Below, in pieces: positions 54,112 through 64,000 of a stretch of DNA of 64,000 bases. Origin of the DNA: Octopus vulgaris (Eukaryota); contig OX597822.1 of NCBI GenBank assembly GCA_951406725.2, forward strand, positions 115,134,001 to 115,198,000, written 5' to 3'. Positions within the stretch are counted from its first letter, which is position 1; each line of letters opens with the position of its first letter. The notes under the pieces are model-generated. The model saw nothing but the letters and a program-made list of their open reading frames with translations. It was not told the origin of the DNA and searched no databases. Position numbers and translations under genes: made by a program.

Positions 54112-56027
54112 GTATTTCATAAAATTTGTCATCATAGACAGTACAAAGAGTGTGTAGCTTTGCGGGCTGGACAAACACATTAATACATGAAAATGAAATA
54201 GAATGAATAAATGAGAGACGAAACCCAACACCGGCCGATTGGATTTTTCTCGAAAATATATTTTCTTTTTTTAAAAAATCAATATGAGGTTTCAAACCTC
54301 TTACAAGAAGGAGGCACTAAAACCTCTTACTTAACTTTTTTTTTTAAACACACAATTGAGGTTATAAACCACTACAAATAATACAATAAAATGAGGTTTC
54401 AAACCCTATAACGAGGGTCTTTCACCTCCTACTCTTCGATATATTCAGCATTATCTTCAATGCCGCTTGAGTTCTTGTATCCCGCTATTTCCCATGCCTC
54501 ACTTATGTAGGACATGTAAGTCGTGTAAGGGCCACCCGGCCATATGCGACACTCCTCCCCAAATCCTTTAAGCCTTTCCCACAAGGGAAACCTTATGACC
54601 TCCACAGCTATCTGCGGAGGCCATTCGGGATCCCGTGTGAAGGGCATATCTACTGTCTCTTTATGTTCTTCTACTATTTTTTCCACCTCCCCGCCCTTGT
54701 AGAAAAAGATAATTAATTCATCATCTTTAAGGGTGGGGTGGTTTCTTCCACCGTGGGTGGCACAAATTCGGGACATGCAGACGGCACATCATCTCCCCGC
54801 TGAGATGACCCGTTCTTCTTCCTTCTTTTTTTCTATTGTTGCCCGCCTTCTTCCTTTTTAATCCTTTTTGAGTTGAGGAGGCTGAAGCCTCCTCGACCAC
54901 ATCTACCTCTCCCTTTGACCGGGTAGGGGAGGTGGCATCTAGTGACTGTTCCAGGACCTTATCATGGTCCTGGGGGCAGTTCCTTTTAATGTGACCCGGC
55001 TGCAGGTACGAGTGACACTTGGGGGAACGTCCCTCAAGTATCACCGGATACCTGCAGCCAGCCATTTTCAAGAAATCTGGAAAAACCAGATCTGTTGCGG
55101 CCGATGGGGTCCGCAGGGTCAAAATCGCTTTTGACCCTTCCCAATCGACCGCCGGCAATACCCTTACATTTAAGAGCCTGGGCCTGCCATCCCCCAGTCC
55201 CCGTCGGATGGTATCTTCAATCCAATCCGCTTCGGTGCCCGGGGGCAACCCACACACCCAGGCTCGTATTAATTTTCTTCCACAATATGACGGGAGGAAC
55301 AGAATTTCCTTGCCTTCTAAAGGCTGACTCGCAAAGTGGCGAGCCTTTTCCCCGTTGTCAAACATGCAACCGTACGGTTGCATGTTTGACACCACGGGAT
55401 ATATATTTTAAAGAGGACAAATGTTCTTTAAGTTAATTTTTTATGACTTGTTTTGGGAAGACGGTGATGGAATTAAGAACTTTAGAATACGTACTAAGTA
55501 CCATCGTCTTCTTCTCCATATCTTTTAACCACTGCTTAGGCGGGTTAATTTACCACTGTAAGACAGAGTTTTTCTTTTTAAGTTCCTTCTCTGCCTTGTC
55601 AAAAAACAGTTCAACAGACAGTCTGCCAAAAAATTAAACCGAATAAAAATAAAACAAAATAAAAGAGGAGGGGAGGAAACTGAAATTAAAGTAATGAAAA
55701 GAATGAACCAAAATTTAGAAAGAAAGAAAAATAGAAGGGAAAAGTAAAAGAAAAACCTTACAAATAGCACAGACAGGGAATCCTTTGTATAATACTCCAA
55801 AAAGGCTTATTCTTATTTTTCTGGCGAGATACGCCCACTAGAATTTACAAAATGAATTTTCAAGCAAAGATTCTCAATTCACCGTTATGGTGCTGAGAAC
55901 CCAATATTTTGCTCGTTATAGCGAGCCATAATTGACCATTTTTCTTTTTGTTCTTTTTTTCTATTCACGGAGCCGAAACTCACATCTTCTCACTGTAACA
56001 GTCCATCCCAACTAGTGTTGCATTCTG
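54112..56027 (-). mobile_element. 1.9-kb ORF1-only retroelement with 15-bp TSD
   Basis: TSD 54097-54111 / 56028-56042 (14/15); zinc-knuckle ORF; no RT or endonuclease motifs seen. Confidence 0.75.
54429..55519 (-). pseudogene. LINE ORF1/gag-like nucleic-acid-binding protein with degenerate CCHC knuckle
   Basis: MEKKTMVLSTYS...(stop, frameshift)...LPSYCGRKLIRAWVCGLP...VILEGRSPKCHSYLQPGHIKRNCP (Cx2Yx4Hx4C), basic linker, and overlapping 115-aa frame 54429-54776. Confidence 0.7.
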
Positions 56028-56513
56028 GGTAAGCAAGCTACTTACCACACGGCCACCCCTGCGCCTACTTTGTATTTTTCGTCTACTCACTTGTTTCATA
56101 GGACTACGATCATACTAGAACAGCACCTTGGATAGATTTGCCAATCAAACCAACACTAGTATTTATTTTATCAATCGGCTTTGTCCCGACCGCTAAGTTA
56201 CCATGTTTCCTTTTACTATTTCTTTCCTTATTCAAACTCATATGCAGTGTATCTTTCCTTATTCGAAACATTGGCTTACAATTTGACTATCATTTTCAAC
56301 GTGTACATCTCTCACTTGGAGGCCCTGCCGTTGACTCAGGCCATTTGCAGTGTGTAGCATGTTAAAGGTGACACTGATAAAGCAAACCTTTCACTGACAG
56401 GTGGAGTATTAGAGCAGAGTCAAATATCAAATGTCTGTATTTTTAAACTTGTTTAATTTCATAATCAACTCTAATCCTAATTGCCTGACTATTACTAAAG
56501 ACTTCAGTGATCT

Positions 56514-56665
<152 letters not shown>

Positions 56666-56695
56666 TATATGTGTGTGTAGATCTATATATATGCT

Positions 56696-56739
<44 letters not shown>

Positions 56740-56770
56740 TGTATATATATATGTATGTATATATATGTAC

Positions 56771-56801
<31 letters not shown>

Positions 56802-56905
56802 TGCATAACATCGATTAAAGGACAGAGTAAAGAAGCAAAACTTTTGTCATTACTGGAGAAAAAAGCATTAAATTTAGATAGAGAATATAAACAGATAGAG
56901 TCTCT

Positions 56906-56961
56906 TACAGCCGTTTCTAGAGTAAGGACTCCATAAGCTGAGTATTCCGTCATCAACTGTA
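56906..56961 (-). ncRNA. Degenerate hammerhead-like motif, U3.G8 core
   Basis: UACAG UUGAUGA ...ACUC agcuuaug GAGU... GAAAC GG CUGUA; 5-bp stem I, cleavage triplet damaged. Confidence 0.35.
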
Positions 56962-57232
56962 TTGTTTATTTCTTGATGGGACTGCGTAATGCTTACCTAT
57001 CTTACTTCAATAATTCTTTCATCTTCGACAAACTGGAATATACTAATATTCTCGATTGGAGGTATTTCTTTATTTATACATCTGTCTGACTTATTCCTCT
57101 CTGATGACGTATACTACCTTATGGCAACCTTACTCAGTAGCATAATCTACATGCTTGGATATTCAAAACACAGCTATAATCTTTTATCATATATATCTTG
57201 TACATCTTGTACATCTTCATTGTTCAGCACAA

Positions 57233-57690
57233 GCGTGGCTTCGTGACCAGAAATTTGCTTCCCAAACACGTGGTTTCGAGTTAAGTCCCAGCACATGACA
57301 CCTTAGGCAAGTGTCTTCTAGAATAGCCTAGGGGCTGACCAAAGCCTTGTGAGTGGATTTGGTAGACGGAAACTGAAAGTTCTTTGTATATATATGTGTG
57401 TGTATGTGTGTGTGTGTGTGTGTGTGTATGTGTGTGTGTGTGTGTTCGTGTACGTGTGTGTGTCTACATATATATGTATATATCTATGTGTGTCCCCCAG
57501 AACAGTTTGACGATCTGTGTTGGTTTGTTTACGTCCCCATAACTTAGCGGTTCGTCAAAACAAAGCGACTGAATAAGTACGAGGCTTTAAACAATAAGTT
57601 CTGAGGTCGATTTGTTTGACCCAACTCCTCTAACCGCTGCCCCAGCATGGCTGCAATCCTGTGATGAAACAAGTAAACGTTAAACGATCA
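57233..57690 (+). mobile_element. Family B SINE
   Basis: gcgtggct...gagttaagtcccagcacatgacaccttaggcaagtgtcttct...tgaaacaagtaaa. Confidence 0.8.
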
Positions 57691-60619
57691 AAATTTATCG
57701 AAGGAAAGTTTATGTGTTAGGTCTTTATTCTTTCTTTCTTTCCTTATTAATTTATTCGTCTTGAAAGAAAGGGATTATAAGAATAGTTTCCATAGGTTCT
57801 CCGGAGACTGATGAAGCAGACACGGATAATGTTGTTTCTGAAAAGGTGCAGGTTGAATACTACAAGGCAGACACGTACAGGAGAAGAAATTTCAACTGGG
57901 CCAAGATACCGGGGTTCAAAGACTGGGTGTAGATGTTAGTGCAAAACGTGGCCTAAGGGAAACAATGTAGACGGCAATAGAAAGAGGGTTGTGCTAATAA
58001 GGTTTACCTGAATGGAAATTGCATGAGATCAGTAACTTCTGAAGAAAAGAAGAAAAAGGAAACAACATATTTATAAGTCAGAAGTTGCAGTATGCTGGCG
58101 AGCGACTGTAAAGCGATCGGGTGGCATCCATTTCGTTGCGACCTGGATGAACGTGTGCTTTTGCTGAAGTTAGTACTCGGTAGAGAGTGTGAAACTGAGC
58201 GTTTGTTGATAATTTTAATTTTTAAATGTGCATATTGATGGTTTTTGAGATGTAGTATATGCAAAAGGAAGTGTTTAGGTTTACATGTGGATGACGTATA
58301 CATGGGAAAAGTTGTAAAGGAGTGAAGATTTGCATAATTTGCATAGAAATGAGCTTTCAAGGGTGGGGAATTAACAGCGAACATGACGTCTTTGTGGAGA
58401 AAGAAGAGCTTGGATGACGTAGGTGAAACACCGAGTCAGGAGAATCCTATCCGTGAATCATACAAAATTACTAAAATAAATAAAAAATGTTGTCGCTGTT
58501 ATTGTTATTGTTGTCGCTTAATATGGTTTGGTCCTGAGTCAACCCAGATCAAGAAGATCTTTGGCCAAATGCATTTCAATTGCATCAATCTTATCTTTTA
58601 AGAGCATTTTGATTATCTAATGAGTCCTTTCTTAAAATTTTTTGAGGCTTGACTTTTTTTATAGATGCTATAGAAGTGATGTGAGTAAGATTTGACTATT
58701 GTTTCTAGTAGATTTACGACTATGTGAGAGCGCTAAGTAAATGAATGAGCAATTTTACTTGGAAAAGAAAGAAAATTTTTATGGTAGTCTTCAGTGATTT
58801 TAAATGGGTGCGCCTGGATGTTTATTTATATGAGTCCTTGTAGAAGACATGCGTACATAGGTGTTAATGTGTGCGTGTGTTCGTCTTTTTACATTCGCCT
58901 CTACAGTTGTGTCAGCGTATTCGGCCTTCTTGATTTTGACTCTAGCTTCAGAATACTGACGCTGCTTTCACTTGACATCCAGCTCTTGTATCTTCACCAA
59001 CACATTTTCTTGTACTTTCTGATGAAGGTCAATATTCCGAAACATTAGGCTTCTTATTCAATACCTATTCAAGATTAAGCAAAATGTTTTTTTAATCGCC
59101 ATCACCGCTGAAGTCTGGTAAATTGGGGGTGGGGATAGGGGAAGTGGCACCAACCAAAGGTAATTAGTTGAGTATGATTTGCTTGATTAAATTAACCGAA
59201 ATCTCTATTATTCCGTATCGAAAGCGCGATTCATACTTGCTCACCGAGAATTTATATTGAATGAATCATTATTTCTAAGAAAGTTGATTATGCAGCTGGG
59301 TCACTATAGCAACAAAATATATTTATTGCGATATCTAGATGCGGCTCTTTACGTTCTGAGTTCAAATCATGCGTGGATTGATTTTGCTTTCAACATTTCC
59401 AAGGGTCGATACGATCGGCTAGAGCTCATCCTAATAATGTTATCTACCATAGACACCAAGTCACAATAAGTGACCTTGTGTCGATGACAGTAAACCTTAT
59501 TTCTAATCCAGCGTGACGGAAAATAGGTGCAGCTACAGAAAAAGTGCTATTTATACAGCATTGAAGAAAGACTAAAGTCTCGCTCTAAATCATTTAATGC
59601 TCACCAAAGCGAGACTGTTTATCATATGACGCATGTCTGAGATACGCCCGCTTGCTAGATTGCGTAGGTATGTATGTATGTAGGAATGTAGCTATGTAGG
59701 TATTATGTATGTTTGTGTGGGTGACTGTCTGTGATACGTGTGTATGCGCACGTGTAGTGTGTGTGCGATATTGTAAGCGTAGATTATATCTAGATTCATT
59801 TTAAGGACTCACACAGATGAAAAATCCTTTCTGATACAAAGGATAAAACGGGAAGTTCTGTGTTTTGACGTGGACGCTTTTTCCTTCAGTAGAGGTGACG
59901 TAAGTGAAACAGTTCAGGCTGCGAATAAATAAATAATAAATTTGTTAGAATTGTCTGATTGTGGGGTTGGATATAGGTCATGGACTCGGTTCACCAAGAA
60001 CTTACTAGTTAAACCCGCAATACACCACACCTAAATGTAATTTTCTTGTGAGAATACGTGTCTTTGTATATAATTTATTATACAAAGATACTGAGAAATT
60101 ATTCAGAAAATTACGTCTATAACCGAGTTTTTATCAATAAGCTCTTACGCTTTGCTAGTTTTTCTGCTTAAACAAATTTCATTTTTAGTTGGTGAGTTTG
60201 TTGTTTTTAAGGACAAAAAAAAAACCTTGATTTTTAATTCACATCTGCAAACGTAAAGAAACATTTGCTTTTAATTTGGTTTAAATTATAAAATAACGAT
60301 TTTGAAACAAAGTTTTGCTCTTTATCTCCTCTCTCCCTCACTCATCCTCACTCTCACTCTTTCTTTCTCTCCATCTGTTTATCTCTCTCTCTCTCTCTCT
60401 CTCTACTTATTTTATAACATAATTATCCAGTTATAAATGTGTAATGCTAGTTTTCAGACGGCATGAAATTAAACGACCTTTTTTTAAACATATTTATTGC
60501 GTTTGGATATAAAGTGTTTACTTTAGAACTGAGAGGAAAGCATTTATCAACTATCATTGCTCTAAGCTAAACATTAATACTTCCAGTGACTACTATTACA
60601 TCTTTAATTAAACATCCCC

Positions 60620-60640
60620 TACGACTGCTGCTACTATTGA

Positions 60641-60699
<59 letters not shown>

Positions 60700-60714
60700 T
60701 TGCTGCTGCTGCTG

Positions 60715-60800
<86 letters not shown>
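60620..60800. repeat. (CTA)n/(TAA)n microsatellite, target tract of the adjacent LINE
   Basis: Directly visible; explains the poly-L/I N-terminus of ORF 60586..61992. Confidence 0.95.
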
Positions 60801-60801
<1 letters not shown>

Positions 60802-63234
60802 GATATCACTGCAACACCAACAGCAGAAGAAGTGGAAGAATTCTGGAAAGGAATATGGTCGGCGAATGAACAACCAAAAAAGAAGAATTTCAAAGCAACA
60901 AACTTAGCATCTGAGCAACTTTGGACCCCCATAACAACTGAAGAGGTCACCCAGGCACTGCAAAGACTAAGCAACTGGAAGACACCTGGGCATGACAAGA
61001 TCCCCAACTTCTGGTTGAAATATCTGACAGGAATGCACAAAAAGCTGGCTGAAAATTTTAACAACATACTGGCAGAGCCAGAGACAATGCCTGAATGGCT
61101 CACGAAGGGGAAAACCATCTTAATTCCCAAATCCAATGAGACAGCAAAACCAGAAAACTATAGACCTATAACCTGTCTCCCTACAATGTACAAAGCATTT
61201 ACTGCAGTAATATCACAAAGATTGAACAAGCATCTGGACGAAAACAACCTGTTTCCAGAAGAGCAGAAAGGATGCCGCAAAGGCTCATATGGCTGTAAAG
61301 ATCAACTAATGATCAATAAAGCCATAACTGAAGACAGCCACAGAAAGAAGAAAGGCCTCAGTATGGCCTGGATCGACTACAAACAGGCGTTTGATAGTAT
61401 CCCCCACACATGGATCCTCGAAACACTAGCCATGAACAAAGTTGCACCAACAATTATAAAATACATAGGACACTCTATGAATAAATGGCAAACAGTGCTA
61501 CACCTCCAAACAAAAGAGGGACTCGTGAAAACCAAATCCATCCCCATTAGAAGAGGAATATTCCAGGGAAACACGCTCTCTCCACTCCTTTTCTGCTTCG
61601 CACTGTCACGTCTTTCTGATATGCTAAATAGAACTGGATGCGGATATAAATGTTACGGCAAAACGATTAGCCACCTTTTATATATGGATGACCTAAAACT
61701 ATACGCTACAAATGACAAACAGCTGGAAACACTACTAAAGACAGTTCATGGATTCACCAAAGAAATAGATATGAAATTTGGATTAGAAAAATGCGCCAAA
61801 GTAACCATGAAAAGAGGAAAACTAGTTAAGTGTAGCAATATCACACTAGATAAAGCCAATGAAATAAGAGAATTAGACCAAAGCCAAACTTACAAATACT
61901 TAGGAATCCATGAACTAGATAAGACACAAACACACACAAATGAAAGAGAAAATAAAAAAAAGAATATTATAGACGAGTTAGATCAATACTAAAGATAGAG
62001 CTCAATGCTAAAAACAAGATAATAGGTATTAACACTTTAGCCGTCCCAGTTATAAGTTACAGCTACAATATCCTTAACTGGACGCTAAATGAACTAACCA
62101 AAGTAGATAGGAAAACAAGAAAAATAATGACAGGATCTATGATGCATCACCCAAAATCTGACATAGAAAGGCTATATATGCAACGTACAGAAGGTGGTAG
62201 AGGCCTTATACAGCTGGAAAACTACTATAAAATAACCACTAAAGGACTGCAAAAATACCAACTTCAGAAGGAAGGAAAACTGATCCAAATAGCGGCAAAA
62301 CACGAGCAAAACAAAAAATTGTTCTTAGTATTTAAGGAAGCTGACAAATACAAACAAGAAATCATACCACCTAATAAATATGAAGAAGAAGATGATGAAG
62401 AAACAACAAAAGCTATAAAACAAATGAAATCCAAACTAAAAATAGAACAGCAACGAACCATGATAAAACGATGGCAAGAAAAGCCCCTTCATGGTAAATA
62501 CTGGACTAAACTAAACGCAAAAGAAATAGACAAAGAAAAATCCCAGCAATGGTTGAGAAGCTCAGGACTCAAAGCAGATACAGAGGGATTTTTAATTGCA
62601 GCACAATACCAAAGCCTCCCCACCAGAAATTACCAAAAACATGTAATGAAAAGAAATATTACAAGTAACTGCAGAATATGTGGAGATGGACAAGAAACAA
62701 TAAATCATATTATCTCTGGCTGCCCAGTCCTGGCTAAGAAGGAATATATTCATAGACACGACAGTTTTGGGACCTACATACACTGGAAGCTATGCCAACA
62801 TTATGGAATAACAACAGAAAAAAGATGGTATAGACACACACCAGAAAAGTTCACAGAAAACGAGAAAGCAACCATACTCTGGGATATGCCGATACACACA
62901 GATAAAGAAATTAAGGCCAACAGACGAGATATAGTTGTCAGAGATCATGAAGAAAAATGCTTTCTAATTGATGTATCAATACCAGCAGATGACAACGTGT
63001 CTCTAAAAGAAATGGAGAAACTTTCAAATTATAAAGACCTGGAAATAGAGGTAACCAGAATGTGAAATCTAAAAACAGAAACAATTCCTATCATAGAAGG
63101 TGCATAGGCATGATAAAAAATATTCAGACAAATACATAACAAAAACACCAGGACTTACAAACACATATAACATACAGAAAATTGCACTACTAGGCACTGC
63201 ACACATCCTACGCAGAACACTTTCCATACAGTAA
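60801..63234 (+). pseudogene. RT/REL ORF, disrupted
   Basis: Frameshifts near 61925-61960, premature TGA at 63063-63065, natural end IALLGTAHILRRTLSIQ*. Confidence 0.88.
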
Positions 63235-63328
63235 CCATCAGAGCATCACAACAAATCACAGCACATACCCAAGGCACACAGAGCTGCGCTCGGTAATGAA
63301 GTGAAAGCACGTTATAAAAATAAAACTA

Positions 63329-63331
<3 letters not shown>
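60801..63331 (+). mobile_element. 5'-truncated R4/Dong-clade non-LTR retrotransposon (RT plus restriction-like endonuclease)
   Basis: KTPGHD, NYRPITCL, WIDYKQAFDS, GIFQGNTLSP, HLLYMDD, then CRICGDGQETINHIISGC, RHD, NRRDIV...IDVSIP...KLSNYKDL; (TAA)n on both sides. Confidence 0.93.
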
Positions 63332-63387
<56 letters not shown>

Positions 63388-63416
63388 CAACAACAACAAC
63401 AACAATAATAATAATT

Positions 63417-63510
<94 letters not shown>
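63332..63510. repeat. (TAA)n/(CAA)n tail or target tract
   Basis: Directly visible. Confidence 0.95.
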
Positions 63511-63513
<3 letters not shown>

Positions 63514-64000
63514 CATGATCTAGGATGCATCACCCAAAATCTGACATAGAAAGACTATATATACAACGTATAGAAGGTGGTAGAGGCCTTATACAGCTGG
63601 AAAACTACTATAAAATAACCACCATAGGACTGCAAAAATATCTACTTCAGAAGGAAGGAAAACTGATCCAAATAGCGGCAAAACACGAGCAAAACAAAAA
63701 ACTGTTCTCAGTATTTAAGGAAGCTGACAAATACAAACAAGAAATCATACCACCTAATAAACATGAAGAAGAAGAAGAAGATGAAGAAACAACAAAAGCT
63801 ATAAAACAAATGAAATCCAAACTAAAAATAGAACAGCAACGAACCATGATAAAACGATGGCAAGAAAAGCCCCTTCATGGTAAATACTGGACTAAACTAA
63901 ACGCAAAAGAAATAGACAAAGAAAAATCCCAGCAATGGTTGAGAAGCTCAGGACTCAAAGCAGATACAGAGGGATTTTTAATTGCAGCACAAGACCAAAG
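63506..64000 (+). mobile_element. Second, more truncated copy of the same R4/Dong element (runs off window)
   Basis: Nearly identical to about 62123-62615, with scattered substitutions and a longer GAA run. Confidence 0.93.

Noticed and set aside
57808-57844. CTGATGA...GAAA hammerhead
   Set aside because: No convincing stems I or III and no NUH site; likely chance within degraded LINE-like sequence.
59016-59050. CTGATGAAGG...CCGAAAC hammerhead
   Set aside because: Stem II only 2 bp and stem I weak; possibly a decayed relic but not supportable. The same holds for about 8646-8686 on the minus strand.
59878-59905. 10-nt microexon (ttccttcag TAGAGGTGAC gtaagt)
   Set aside because: Not frame-preserving and no flanking gene evidence; needs junction reads.
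60586-60800. Signal peptide or transmembrane N-terminus fused to the RT
   Set aside because: Poly-L/I comes from the target microsatellite being in frame by chance.

Overview
Repeat-dominated, AT-rich eukaryotic DNA. The SINE families and extreme microsatellite density suggest an octopus or other coleoid cephalopod (inference from recall, not a database search). I can support no host protein-coding gene; almost all listed ORFs are microsatellite translations or transposon pieces. Retroelements: a 5'-truncated RTE LINE with a PHD finger and a 15-unit structured tandem array in its 3' UTR, three R4/Dong-type LINE copies in (TAA)n tracts, Penelope-like fragments, an ORF1-only zinc-knuckle retroelement with a 15-bp TSD, and dozens of tRNA-headed SINEs from at least four families. 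DNA elements: a full-length degenerate Tc1-like transposon with DD36E spacing, a Helitron fragment and nested MITEs. Most notable: (1) several minimal hammerhead-ribozyme motifs whose core 3-8 pair covaries (C-G, U-A, G-C, U.G); (2) inter-unit compensatory pairing in the RTE 3' UTR array; (3) recurrent fold-back palindromes at Penelope-like termini; (4) the ORF1-only element inserted into a SINE tRNA head. Boundaries of degraded elements are approximate.
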